Source: the human T2T-CHM13v2.0 reference genome, Homo sapiens. Taken from it: 64,000 nucleotides of DNA. Location: NCBI RefSeq assembly GCF_009914755.1, contig NC_060937.1. The stretch is one strand, 5' to 3'. Below the pieces are notes generated by a model. The model was not told the DNA's origin. It did not search any database and was given only the letters and a program-made list of their open reading frames with translations. This document shows, one piece after another, positions 15,294 through 30,260 of this stretch; the stretch's first letter is position 1, and each line of letters starts with the position of its first letter. A program made the translations under genes and the position numbers.

Positions 15294-16196
15294 AAGAAAT
15301 ACATTCTTTACCACAAACATTTCAACAAATGCAATTTTCTCTAACAAATATGCATAGTTTCAAGATTACAAGTCAACTGTCCTTGGAAGAGAACTATTGA
15401 AATTAAACTCTATGACAAGAAGGCTTTTTGCCCTTCTAAGTACCAGAAACCCAACTACATGATGTCCAACTACAGAAAGAGTACAGACTTAACTTAAATA
15501 TTATGGTAAGCAATACATAAATATTCGCTAACCTTCCCCCTTCATCTCCACGTGCACAGTCATCGCTTTGGATCCTCAAAGCGATTGTGTTTTGGTTTTC
15601 TTTTTTCACTCAGAGTTTCTCGTTAAATGTCACTGAAACTTGTGGCATAAGATCGATCAATGGTATTAACCCGAATTGAATCAAAGCAGATAAAACAGCT
15701 TGGGCAACGGCTGTTTTAGCCCTTTAAAGATTCCAAATCTGGCCTTGTTCCCCATCCCAAATGGAAGCTGCTGACGCTGGAGACTGTGGAGAGAAAAGGG
15801 TGGGGCCCAGCACAGGGGCCCAAGGGGTTCAACAAGCCAAGGTGCCAGGTGGTGGCTCAGGGACTCACGGGGCAGACAGTGTTTGTTATTTATTTTAATT
15901 AATGGCCTACACTTAAAAGGAGTTTCATAAGTAAACTCCTGGCTTCTCTAGAAAAAATGGATAGCTCTTTCTTTCACCCCTGGACCGGCAATTTCACATG
16001 CCAATGGCAGCAGCCGGGCAGTAGTGGCCCCTTAGACCTCATACACGCTCACTCTCTTTTTGGAGAGGAGAGTCACTGTCACTGTCTTGTGGCCATTTCA
16101 CTTATTCATGCCTGGGCTGGCTCCTGCAGACATTGGTGGTAAAGAGATCAGAGGGTGTGGCCAAATTCCAGAGTGGCTCTAAGAACAGATCAAAGG

Positions 16197-16199
16197 ACA

Positions 16200-16244
<45 letters not shown>
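16197..16244. repeat. (CA)n microsatellite
   Basis: Direct read. Confidence 0.95.
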
Positions 16245-16246
<2 letters not shown>

Positions 16247-16557
16247 CTTTGCATCTAAGCTCCATCCACAGTGAAGTTCCCCCAGTTCCTCTCACCTTGT
16301 CTCCTCTCAGCCTTTGCTCAAGCTGTTTTATCTGCCAGAAACACGCTCCTCTACTGTCCCCTGCCCACCTGGTCACGTTCTATTCAACCTTCATGATGTC
16401 ACCTCTACAGGAAGCCTCCTGGCCCCCCAGTGAAGGTTCAGATGGATGTCAGAGAGACCCAAAGTAACAGCAACTTAAAAAAAAGACAGACCTTTAATTC
16501 TTTTTCAAGGGAGAGTCCTGCCCAGTGAAGGCCCTCCCAGTGCCTGGACTCTTCTAT

Positions 16558-17083
16558 GTGCCGACCTATCCGTGAGGCACAGCAGACACAGTGCCTAGGA
16601 CCCACGAAAATGTTTTAATTTCATTTAGAATCAGGAGGAAAAAAAGAATATAATGATAAATCCAGCCTGAATTATTTTTGCCGTTTTACTAATACAGTAG
16701 TAAAATATAATTTAACAGAAGAAGGGGCCCACAAAGGCAAAGGTGCTTAGGGTTCCCAAAAGTCATAATGCAGGCCAGGCACGGTGGCTCACACCTATAA
16801 TCCCAACACTTTGGGAGGCAATGGTGGGTGGATCACTTTAGGTCAGGAGTTCCAGACCAGCCTGGGCAACACGGTGAGATCCCGTCTCTAATACAATTAC
16901 AAAAATTATCCGGGTATGGTGGCACGCGCCTATAATCCCAGCTGTTTAGGAGGCTAAGGCAGGAGTATCACTTGAACCTGGGAGGCAAAGGTTGCAGTGA
17001 GCTGAGATCTCATCACAGCACTCCAGCCTACTGGGCGACAGAGCAAGACTCCGTCTCAAAAAGAAAGTCATCATGCAGCCCTG
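16558..17083 (+). mobile_element. MER96B-like hAT element with Alu insertion
   Basis: cacagtgcctaggacccacgaaaatgttttaattt..aagtcataatgca/gccctg. Confidence 0.6.
16773..17066 (+). mobile_element. AluS
   Basis: Full dimer; TSD aaagtcat(a/c)atgca. Confidence 0.95.
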
Positions 17084-18123
17084 GGTGGTTACTCTCATCT
17101 ATGTGGTCCACGCTGGCTCAGCAGTACAATGGAGGGAGAGAACAAGGAAGGAGGGGATAGGACATTTCTCTTTAAGGGTTTAATTTGGGAGTTGCACATA
17201 CTATTTTTCCACTCAACCCATTGTCTGAACCTTAATCTCATGGCCACACCCACCTATAGAGGAGGCTGAAAATGCTGTCTTTATTTTGGATTGTCGTGTG
17301 CCCAAATAAAAAGTGTATCGCAATGTGAGAAGGAGAGGGCCGCTATTGGGAGAACTAGTTCCCTCTGCTAAGTGACCTTTCTAGTTGCTTTCATGGCTCC
17401 AAGAGGAAGCAGGCAGAAGCTGCAATGTCCTTGATGATCTAACTTCAGAAGCCACATGCCATTGTTTCCACAATCCTATTGGTGACACACAGGCCAAGCC
17501 CATCCTGTGTAGGAGGGCCCCACGCCAGGCATGAATATAGGGAGGGGAGAATCACTGAAGGCCATCTGGTGACTTTCTAATGTCTGGGAGGCCCCTGTGA
17601 ACTTCCTGTGTGGGATTCAGTGAGACCCTCCTTGCTCTTAGAAGAGTGGCCCCCCTCTTTTTTACTTGTGTCTATTAAGTGCATTTCTATGTCCTTGGAG
17701 CAGACAGACCCTAAGAAAGCGATGAAGGGAGAAAAAGACACTATTATTGGTCCCATCGCCTGTTAGCAAATACAGGGGTCTCTGTGGCCTTGTCTTCTTG
17801 GTAGCCTGGTGTTTCTTCCTGGTATGTGGCATTCCAAGCTGGCCCCCACTCATCTGCACAACAAGAGTGAGCATCAGGCCTCAGGGATATGGCCCCAGAC
17901 AGAACAAAGTCCCTGCTCCCTGGAACTTTCCCTCAGTAAGGAGAGACAGACACCAAAGAAACACAGGGCGTACCAGATGGTGGTGTTATAAACATAATTA
18001 AAGCTGAATAAGTATGTGTGTGCTATTTTACAGAAGGTGTGAGGGAAGGCCCCTCTGCAGAGGTGACATTTGCACCAAGACCTAAATGAAGAGAGGAAGT
18101 GAACCATAAGAATATGGGAGGAG

Positions 18124-18288
18124 GGCCAGGTGCAGTGGCTCACGCCTGTAATCCCAGCACTTTGGGAGGCCGAGGCAGGTGGATCGCCTGAGGTTGGGAG
18201 TTCAAGGCCAGCTTGGCCAACATAGGGTGACCCCATCTCTACTAAAAATACAAAAAATTCGCCAGGCATGGTGGCATGTGTCTGTAGT
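18124..18288 (+). mobile_element. 3'-truncated AluS
   Basis: Left arm and linker; stops at tgtagtc. Confidence 0.88.
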
Positions 18289-18574
18289 CATATATATATT
18301 TATACATGTAGTCATATATATTTCCTTCCATATGGAAGGAAAAAAGTCTGCAGGAATTTCACAGTGAAGAAATGGACAGGAGGAGTGAATGCAAGATCAG
18401 GAGAGAGTCTTTCAAGACAGGACTAGAACAAGATGGGACTAGAACGTGTCTATAGCCAAGGAGCAACTCGTGATTCAGGGAAGCAGAAGAGAGGTGAAAT
18501 CCAGAGACCAATGAAACGAAATGGCCTCTGACTAGAGCTGAGCCCCATCTCCCATTGTATTAATAGCAGGAGGG

Positions 18575-18870
18575 GGCTGGGCACGGTGGCTCACGCCTGT
18601 AATCCTAGCACTTTGGGAGGCCAAGGCAGGTGGATTACTTGAGGTCAGGAGTTCAAGACCACCCCGGCCAACATGGTGAAACCCTGTCTCTACTAAAAAT
18701 ACAAAAATTAGCCGGGTGTGATGGTGGGCACCCAGCTACTCAGGGGGCTGAGGAAGGAGAATTGCCTGAATCAGGGAGACAAGGTTGCAGTGAGCCGAGA
18801 TTGTGCCACTACACTCCAGCCTGGGTGACAGAGTGAGACTCTGTCTCAAAAAAAAAAAAAAAGAAATAAA
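18575..18870 (+). mobile_element. AluS
   Basis: Dimer; TSD aata(g/a)caggaggg. Confidence 0.95.
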
Positions 18871-19082
18871 TAACAGGAGGGAAGGCAGGATGTGGATGCA
18901 GATGGAAGCAGGTTGGAGATGTGGTGACTGGAAGGCGAAGGGGTTTCGTGTGACTGCTTCTGGTTTCTCAATGGAGTGTGAGGCTCAGGGTGATGGCCAC
19001 AGGGGTTCAGAAGATTTGAGGGGGAAAGAAAAAGATGAGAATGAATGACTGTCCTGATGATCCAAAAAACAAACCACTAGGG

Positions 19083-19250
19083 CAGTGCTTCTAAACTTTA
19101 ATTGTGGAAATGAATCATCTGGACGCCTGGGGACCTTATTACAATGCAGATTCAGATTCAGTAGGTCTGGGTGGGGCCTGGCCTCCTGCATTTGTAACAA
19201 ACTCCCCAGTGATGCCTGTGCTGTTGGTCCAGCACCACGTTTTGGTTAGG
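19083..19250 (-). mobile_element. MER5A
   Basis: gattcagtaggtctgggtggggcc..taacaaactccccagtgatg. Confidence 0.75.
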
Positions 19251-19258
19251 AAGGGAAG

Positions 19259-19658
19259 TGCTATGGTTTGAATGTGTCTTCTCCAAAATTCATGTTAAAA
19301 TTTAATCCCCAGTGCAACAGTATTGAGGTGAGGCCTACAGGAGGTGGTTAAGTCATGGGGGCTCAGCCCTCATATGGATGAGATTCATAGCCTTATAAAA
19401 GGGCTGGAGGGAACTAGCTGGGTCCTTTTGCCCTTCTGCCTTCTCCATGTGAGGACACAGCATTCATCCCCTCTAAACGATGCAGCAACAAGGGATGGTG
19501 ATGTTGGAAGCAGAGACAGCTGCTTTCACCAGACACTGAACTTGCCGATGCCTTGATCTTGGACTTCGCAGCCTTCAGAACTGTGAGATAAATTCCTATG
19601 ACTTATCAATCACCCAGTCTGTGGTATTTTTTTATAGCAGCACAAACAGACTAACACA
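19259..19658 (+). mobile_element. MST (MSTD-like) solo LTR
   Basis: tgctatggtttgaatgtgtc..gactaacaca MaLR termini. Confidence 0.85.
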
Positions 19659-19913
19659 AGAGGTGGATAGGATTTGCGAGCATGGACCTTGGAGGTTTGT
19701 GGCCTCAATTTAAAGTGAGTACATTCACCCAGCTGGTGTTTTTCTCTTGCTGCTTGGGCACAGAGATGGAGTAAATGGGTCTAATCAAGGATAAAGGGAG
19801 AGCCAAAGAGATGGTAATATTTGAAAGGAAGTGTTTTTAATGATGTGCCATGTAATCTGAGCTGGGTCAGGAATGAAGTGAAAAACTAAGAGATGATGGA
19901 TGATGATAGGGGC

Positions 19914-20351
19914 TGTGAAAGGAAAACAAATCTTGGGGCCCCCAAATCACTAAGCTAAAGGAGAAAGTCAAGCTGGGAACTGTTTAGGGCAATCCTGCCT
20001 CCCATTTTATTCAAAGTCACCCCTCTGCTCACTGAGATGAATGCATATCTGATCTAATCAGAAACTCAAAAGAATGCAACCATTTGTCTCTTATCTACCT
20101 ATGGCTTGGAAGCCCTCTCCCCACTTTGAGTTGTGCTGCCTTTGCTTCGAGTTGTCCTGCCTTTCTGAACCAAACCAATGTTCATCTTATGTATGTTGAT
20201 CGATGTCTCATGCCTCCCTAAAATGTATAAAACCAGTTTGTGCTCAGACCACCTTGAGCACGTGTCATCAGGACCTCCTGAGGCTGTGTCCATGTGTGCG
20301 TCCTTAACTCTGGCAAAATTAACTTCCTAAATTGACTGAGACCTGTTCACA
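19914..20351 (+). mobile_element. MER4A1-like solo LTR
   Basis: tgtgaaaggaaaacaaatcttggggcccc..ttcaca. Confidence 0.85.
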
Positions 20352-20951
20352 AGGCCAATGAATCATGGTTCTTCATAAGATTAAATAATTGCTGGTGTGG
20401 AAGCATTAGAGCCACTAAACTGGAAAGAGAGGACAAGGTGGTCAGGAAGTGAGGCGCTTGAAAGTGAGAATAAGGGGCGACACGGTCATTGGCGATGACA
20501 AGGTCAAGCAAGTGACCTCCAGAGTAGGAGGCTCAAGATCATTTGAGGCACAAAGGTCAAGGAACGGAGAGGCCAAGGTGTCAGACGGATCACTCTCCAA
20601 AGAGTGACACTAGTAGATGGTCAAAATGAAAGCAGTGAGCCCAATGCTCAAGTCTGTAAGGGACAAGGAGGAATGACCAGGGTACTGGCAGGTGACAGTA
20701 ACCAGGAGGGAGGCAGGATTTTAGTCTGATGACATGAATTTCAAGAGAGCTTTGTGCAGCATCTACAAGGCACTGGGACAGAAGACAGACATAGTCTCCC
20801 TCCTAAGTGAAGTGGGTTAGGCAAGGAAGGGTTCTAGGCAAGGAAGTTACATGATCCAGCTAGATTTTGAAAAGATCTCTTGGACTACTGTATAGAGAAT
20901 GGATTGGAGGGAGGTTCGGTGGCATTAGGAGGCTATTACAGTTACTTAGAC

Positions 20952-21125
20952 TGAGGTTGTCAAAGGGTGGACCCCAGACCAGCAGCATCAGCATCACTGA
21001 GAACTTGCTAGAAATGTACATTTTGGGGTCCCACCTCAGATCTACTGAGTCAGAAACTCGGGGTGGGGGCCCTGCCATTGGAGTTTTAACAAGCTCCCCC
21101 AGTGATTCTGATGCAAGCTGAAGTC
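20952..21125 (+). mobile_element. MER5A
   Basis: ccagcagcatcagcatcac..tactgagtcagaaactc. Confidence 0.75.
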
Positions 21126-21713
21126 AAACGAAAATGGTCACAGAATTATGGCAGTCGAGAGGGAGTGGATGAAGCTACAGCTTGTTAGGGGAAGAATAAG
21201 GACAGGGTAGCAAAGTGTAGCAGGGAAGAAGTGGGAAGCACCAGGTTTCTGGGAGGAGGAAGTGGACTGTTGGGAGTTTCCTGTACCCCAAAGGCACGGG
21301 GAAGGCTGGAGGAGGAGCCGAGGGGCAGGGCAAGATCAAGAGTTTGGTTCTGTCCGCAGCATGGGGCACATGTGTTCCAGAGAAGCTGGCTGGAAAGTAA
21401 CGCTGTGGGCAAGAACTATATTCCGCCGTAGTTCCCAGGAGAAATGCAAGACATGCTCCTGGAGGAAAGCTGCGCTGATGGCTCTGGGACATGTCGTGAC
21501 AATGACACACAGTGGCTCTCTGTGGTCCAGTTAAGCTTGCCAATATTACACACTTGCAATTGAGGGCATGGTGGAAAGCACACTGAGCTTGGAATCCAGA
21601 GGAATCAGCCCCTGGGGTTAAGTCTTTTCCCACCAGTCATTTCACCTCTGTGAGCCTGTTTCTACATTTCTTTGTTTATATTTTATTTTATTACTTATTT
21701 ATTTTGTTTCTGA

Positions 21714-22023
<310 letters not shown>

Positions 22024-22927
22024 TTAACAGGGATTATGATATCTGCCTGAACTACTTACAGGGTACACTGTTAGAGCCAAATGAGCCAATGCAAATCCAA
22101 ATTTATTGATAATTCTAAAATTGTTTCAATGTAAGTGCAGCAGTATTCCAAATAATCTAATAATTATTCTAATATTCTATTATCAAAACTGCTTTTTTTG
22201 CTGGTAGCTGCCCACCTGCTATCATGTGATGGCAGTAGAAAGACGACCAATCTCTTTAAACACACTTTCCTTCCTGGTTATGGCCTTCAATTCACTGTAT
22301 GAGGTCAATCCTTTGACTGAAACTTTTGCCTATAAAATTGCAGTACACCTGGAATGGTAACACTACAAAAAATACCTACCTTTTATTTACTGTGTACTAC
22401 GTGCTGGTGTTTCATATCCACTATTTCATATGCCTTGAAGGAGTCTTGTGCACTAGATATTGCTATGCTCACTTTATAGATGAGGACATTGGGCTCAGAG
22501 ACCAGGGGACTTACCCAAATTCATAGAGCTCGTGGAGGGCAGAGCCAGCACCTGACTGTTTGTGCCTGCCTGTGTTGCTGTAGTCTCCCTGCTCTTGCAA
22601 GCAGCTTTGGATGGGCAGGGTTAGGGCACCGGTCATCAAGCCTGGGAAAAGGGAGCTTAGCTGGACAAGGGAAGGATGCCAAAGGCTGGGGCTTAAGGAT
22701 CAGATTCAGTTGACCCTACCCAAGGCACAGGAATTGTTCTATGGACTTTCTGCTCTGCTCTTATGACTTTTATTCACAAGCAGCTTTCTAATGTCTCAAC
22801 CTTCCATGGCACCCAATACTATTTGCTTAGATATTTGGTGGTGAAATCTTTCAACAGAAATGATGGAAGAACTAAGGGCCCAGGGAGGGCTCCAGAGGAA
22901 GGTGGACTCCTTGCGTCCTCTAACCTA

Positions 22928-23622
<695 letters not shown>

Positions 23623-23901
23623 CAGGGGTCTTAATACAGTTCATTTTGCACACGAACAGCATTATGCCTTGTGAACTTTGGTGCAGGCGGGAGAGCGATT
23701 AGAGGAGTTTCAAGACTGGTAGTCGATGATACCAGCATGTGACATGAGAGATCGGCCGAGCCAGGAAGGAGCCCATGTTCCTTATCTCATATACACAGAA
23801 ACCAAGGGCCTTGTCCCCAGGCCCAGGATTGTTTAGCACAACAGAATCCCAGCCTCCCCATGTGTTACTCAATCGCTTTAATCCTCTTAAAAAGAATTGC
23901 C

Positions 23902-24075
23902 GGCCGGGCGCGGTGGCTCACGCCTGTAATCCCAGCACTTTGGGAGGCCGAGGCGGGTGGATCACGAGGTGAGGAGATCGAGAGCATCCTGGCTAATGGT
24001 GAAACCCCTTCTCTACTAAAAATACAAAAAATTAGCTGGGTGTGGTGGCGGGCGCCTATAGAGCAAGACTCTGTC

Positions 24076-24108
<33 letters not shown>
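23902..24108 (+). mobile_element. AluY/Sc-like with internal right-arm deletion
   Basis: Jumps from gcgcctata to gagcaagactc. Confidence 0.9.
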
Positions 24109-24111
<3 letters not shown>

Positions 24112-24829
24112 TTTTCTGATCGTGCTCTTGGTACCAGTTCTCCTGAGAGTGAGCTTCACTGTGCTGGATCACAAATGTCCGGTGGAAAGACATCTAGCTG
24201 GGGCCATCTCTCCACAGCCGCAGCACAGAGCCTTGCATGAGAGGGAGGGAGGGAGGGATGGATGGGTGATTGCCGGAAGAAGATGCAGAATATCCCCTGG
24301 ACTGCCTCCAAATACAAGTTCAGTGATATAGAACTTCAAATTGGTTAGTTTTTCTGGCATGAAAGGCTATGTCTTGGGGGAACACCTCTCCCACTGCCCC
24401 GCAGTGTAGATACCAGCAGCCGAGTACATGTAGTTACCACTGTTTTTGTTTTTTTTTATGGGTCCTGGCTCCTTCAATGGAGAGGCAGTAAGCAATTAAA
24501 ACCCGCTTCTAAACCATCCTAAGTACTCCTTTGGAGTGGCTGCAAAAATCGATCATCCTCACGGATACAAAGGGGGAGAAAAGAAAAACAAAAGGAATTA
24601 CTTTAACATCTTCATTTTCAGACTAGGTTAGGGCAGTAAAAAAGATGACCAGTGGAGGCAAACACTGGTTTAGGGCTGTGGCAGCGGCAGTGGGGTTCCG
24701 GAGAAAGAAGGGAGGGTAACAGAGGCTCTTCTGACCCTCCTTGCTTCTGGGGTCTCTTGCTGGGCCTCTGAGTAGGTCTGCAAGTAGGGCTGGGCATCGG
24801 GGCTCATTTTGACCACAAGTGTTTGCTGG

Positions 24830-25040
24830 TTTTGGAGTCAGGCAGACATGTGTCACTGCCTGGATTTAATTCCCATAGCTGTGTGACCCTCGGCCGTTTG
24901 CTTAATGTCTCTGAGCCTTAATTTACTCACCTGGGAGGAACAATAGGACTGTTCAGAGTAAGTGAAGTAGCACACTGGGCGTCAGGGCACGTTCGGGGCC
25001 GCGCCGGCACGCAGAGAACCTCGCCCGCTCGGCATTACTG
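24830..25040 (+). mobile_element. MIR
   Basis: tggagtcaggcagac..gctgtgtgaccctcggcc..tctctgagcct. Confidence 0.6.
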
Positions 25041-25250
25041 TCTGGAAACGGCTTGCGGGGACGGTGGAGGATAACAGGGGGCGAGCACCGCCCGCAGCCG
25101 GAGTAGCCCTCGCGTTTTTTCCTTGACAGCGCGGCCGAGCGCCGCTGCGGGTTGTGGAGACTGTCCGCCCTCTAGTGGTCGGCTTCAAAAGTTGCTTCAA
25201 AGACAAGGCTGAATGAAAAGCGTTGGGGCGCCCTAAGCCGATGCACTGCA
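24975..25250. promoter_or_regulatory. Short CpG-rich island (candidate promoter/enhancer/insulator)
   Basis: About 27 CpGs counted in ~200 bp of non-Alu sequence in a CpG-depleted window. Confidence 0.75.
25163..25180 (-). promoter_or_regulatory. CTCF binding motif
   Basis: Minus strand GACCACTAGAGGGCGGAC fits the CCASYAGRKGGCR core. Confidence 0.7.
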
Positions 25251-25508
25251 TGGAAAGGGGGCTACCTTTCCCTTTCCCTTTACCAGAGCGGACAAAGGCT
25301 GTTCCATCTTTTTTGGGAGCCATAGAGGGGATCCGGTTGCACTAGCCTGCATCCTCAGGCTGCTGAACTGACCACGGTGGGCTAAACTGGAAAAGTTTCT
25401 TTGGGCAGGAAAGACTCAGATTTAACAAACATTTACTGAGCACCTACTACGTTCCTATCTCTGTGCAGGATGCTTTCACTTACTTTACCCATTTAAACCT
25501 CTCAGTAA

Positions 25509-25811
25509 GACCGGGCACGGTGGCTCACGCCTGTAATCCCAGCACTTTGGGAGGCTGAGGAGGGAGGACCGCTTGAGTTCAGGAGTTCAAGACCAACTAG
25601 GCAACAGTGAGACCCCTCTCTACAAAAATTAAAAAGTTAGCTGGGCATGGTGGCACACGCCATGTGGCCCCAGCTACTAGGGATGCTGAAGTGGGAGGAT
25701 TGCTTGAGCCCAGGAGATTTGAGGCTGCAGTGAGCCACGATTGTGCCATTGCACTCCAACCTGGGCAACAGAGCGAGACTGTTTCAAAAAAACAAAAACA
25801 AAAACAAAAAA
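25509..25811 (+). mobile_element. AluJ inside an antisense MIR
   Basis: Dimer; TSD aaacctctc(a/g)gtaa. Confidence 0.93.
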
Positions 25812-25928
25812 CCTCTCGGTAACCTGTGAGTGAGAGTTTAAATATTGTTTTTCTGATAAGATGGTGAAGCACTCTCAGGAAAGTTATTGCACACAGTGGA
25901 ATCATGGCTACGTGGCTACCTCAGGATT

Positions 25929-26112
25929 TGTATTAGTACACTTAGGGCTGCTGTAATGACCTAAACATGGGTGGCTTATGGCCCATCCTAATAACCTCAC
26001 TTTAATTGGATTACCTCTGTAAAGATTCTGCTCTAAATAAGGTCACATTCTGAGGTGTAGGGGTTAGAACCTCTACATATAAAATTTCAGGAAAGTAATT
26101 CAACTCATAACA
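25929..26112 (-). mobile_element. MLT1-like LTR, internally deleted
   Basis: tgtattagt..ctaaataaggtcacattctgagg..cataaca. Confidence 0.7.
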
Positions 26113-26129
26113 GGACTTTTTTTAATTTC

Positions 26130-26837
<708 letters not shown>

Positions 26838-26984
26838 CTTAGAGCACCTTCCCATCACCATTTGATAGGCTCCACCTCAGAGGAAGGATAAGCCCTCTCC
26901 TTGCTTCGCTGCCAGGGAAAGGAGGCCCAATTTGTCTTTAGTTCTGCAATCTTGGCTCCATTTCGGTTTCTATTTTTCTTATTC

Positions 26985-27279
26985 TTTTTTTTTTTTTTTT
27001 GAGATGGAGTCTCGCTCTTTTGCCCAGGCCTGAGTGCAGTGGCATGATCTTGGCTCACTGCAACCTCTGCCTCCTGGGTTAAAGTGAGTCTTCTGCCTCA
27101 GCCTCCTGAGCAGCTGGGATTACAGGCGCCTGCCACCACACCTGGCTAATTTTTGTATTTTTAGTAGACATGGGTTTCACTATATTGACCAGGCTGGTCT
27201 CAAACTCCTGACCTCATGATCCGCCTGCCTCAGCCCCACAAAGTGCTGGGATTACAGGCGTGAGCCACCACACCAGGCC
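26985..27279 (-). mobile_element. AluS
   Basis: Antisense; TSD tatttttcttattctt. Confidence 0.95.
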
Positions 27280-28487
27280 TATTTTTCTTATTCTTCAAGC
27301 ACATCTGCTCTTCACACATGTCAGACTCACAGCCTAGTACATGACACACATTAGGCCCTTAACAAATATCTGAAGAAGAAAAGGAGGGAGAAGAATCACA
27401 AGGGAAGAAGTGCAAAGGGATGGGATTGGAATAGGGGAACTCTTGAAAAAGTGATGTTTCTGGAAAAGGAGGATTTCATGGTACCCACTGGGGGAGAATA
27501 TTAGTGCAAATAGTGCCGAATGATGGATAATCATCCAGGGATTTGCCTCCCAGTGATACCACATAAGGGCATCAAATCACATTCACAACCTTAAATTTAA
27601 TAGTTGTGCATGAGGTGAGGACGAATTACCTTGGGGTATCAGTTCCCCTTCCCACCAAACCCCCAGAGCTGGCACATGACAGTCCAACAAGGTCTCCTCC
27701 GAATGCTGAGTGCCCTGGAAGGCAGAGTGAAGCTCTGACCCCATTGTGTTGTGAGGTGGAGAGTAAATGACAGTGGTTTCCTTGTGCCCTGGCTTGTTTC
27801 TCCCCCTTGGGCTTCATCCATTCTCACCCTCAGAGCTAACTGGGGCTGACTGGGAATGAGCTAATTAGGACTGGCCTTTCCCTATATGTGTTCCCCAGAA
27901 AAGGAGCATATACCTTCAGGAAAACATGAATTCACAGGTCAAAGTAGCAGATTTCAGAATCACAACTATGTGAAATGAAACATAGCATTTTAGATTACAG
28001 AATCCAACTATATATATAAAAACAGTTGCATAGATAATGTGATATTGGCCTAATAAATATACAAAAAGAGATAAAAGAAGATAATGACAATGTAGATAAG
28101 AACAAGAAAACATAAGCAATATTAGATAAGTAAAATATCATAGTTGAAGTGAACACATCACATGGATAAACAACAAAATGGATAGAGCTGCAAAACTAAT
28201 TGTCAACTTGGAAGACCAGGTGGAGGAAATCTTTCAGAAGAGATAAGAAAATAACAAAGACGTATAAAATATAAAGAAAAAACTAGGTTATGTGGAAGAC
28301 AGAAGTACTAACATCTAGGTAATAAGAATTCTAGAAAGAAGAAAAATGAACAGAAAGAAATGTTTGAAGAAAAATGAGATAATCTTCCATAACTGTAAAA
28401 AGATGAAAGAAAGATAAAAAAGGTTATAGAAAAAAGATAAGAAAAAATCCACACCAGAACATTTTATAGTAAAATTAAGAATTTCAA

Positions 28488-28805
28488 GGCTGGACATGGT
28501 GGCTCACACCTTTAATCCCAGCACTTCGGGAGGCTGAGGCAGGAGGATCACTTGAGCCCAGGAGTTCAAGACCAGCATAGGCAACAAAGTGAGATCCCAT
28601 CTCTACAAAAAGTTTTAAAAATTAGGCATGGTGATGCATGCCTGTAGTCTCAGCTACTCAAAAGGCTGAGGTGGGAGGATCATTTGAGCCCAGGAGGGTG
28701 GGGCTGCAGTAAACTGTGATTTCACCACTGCATTCCAGCCTGGGTGACAGAACAAGACATCATCTCAAACAAACAAACAAAAAAACCCAACAACAACAAA
28801 AAAAA
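28488..28805 (+). mobile_element. AluJ
   Basis: Dimer; TSD aagaatt(t)caa. Confidence 0.93.
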
Positions 28806-28835
28806 GAATTCAATGAAAATTCTAAAAGATTATAA

Positions 28836-29214
<379 letters not shown>

Positions 29215-29237
29215 TGATGTAAGAAAACAGTGGAATG

Positions 29238-29581
29238 AGCTGGGCATAGTGGCTCACACCTGTAATCCCAGCTACTCCAGAGGGTGAGATGGGAAGATTG
29301 CTTGAGACTAGGAGTTTGAGACCAGCCTGAGCAACATAGTGAGACCCCATCTCTAAAAAAATATTTTAAATTAGCCGGGCACAATAGTGCACTCCTATAG
29401 GCCTAGCTTACTCAGGATGCTCAGGTGGGAGGATCTCTTGAGCCCAGGAGTTTGCGGCTGTAGAGAGCTATGATTATAGTATTGCATTCCAGCCTGGGCA
29501 ATAGCGTGAGACTCCATTTCTAAAAAAAAAAAATAAGAGAAAGAAAAAGGGAAAAAAAAAAGAAAAAAGAAAAGAAAAAAA
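29238..29581 (+). mobile_element. AluJ
   Basis: Diverged dimer with long A-rich tail. Confidence 0.9.
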
Positions 29582-29638
29582 TGGTGGAGGAATGGTATGG
29601 TATTCTCAAAATAATAAAGGCAAAGAAACCATCCTCAA

Positions 29639-29963
<325 letters not shown>

Positions 29964-30260
29964 TATTTATTTTTTTGAGATAAGAGTCTCGCTCTGTTGC
30001 CCAGGCTGGAGCCTGGTGGTGCAATCTCCACTCACTGCAACCTCCACCTCCTGAGTTCAAGCAATTCTCCTAGATTAGCCTCCCAAGTAAATGGGGCCAC
30101 AGGTGTGTGCCACCAGGCCCGACTAATTTTTGTAATTTTAGTAGAGATGGGGTTTCACCATGTTGGCCAGGCTGGTCTCGAACTCCTGACCTCAGGTGAT
30201 CCACCTGCCTTGGCCTCCCAAAATGCTGGGATTACAGGCGTGAGCCACCATGCCCTGCCC
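29964..30260 (-). mobile_element. AluS
   Basis: Antisense dimer. Confidence 0.93.

Larger units (their letters stand above)
17870..20940 (-). mobile_element. L2 fragments interrupted by younger elements
   Basis: gtccctgctccctggaac..gagagacagac and gaggtgacatttg hallmarks; purine-rich body. Confidence 0.5.

Noticed and set aside
24982-25323. 113-aa minus-strand ORF over the CpG island
   Set aside because: Expected by chance in GC-rich DNA; no homology or splice support recognised.
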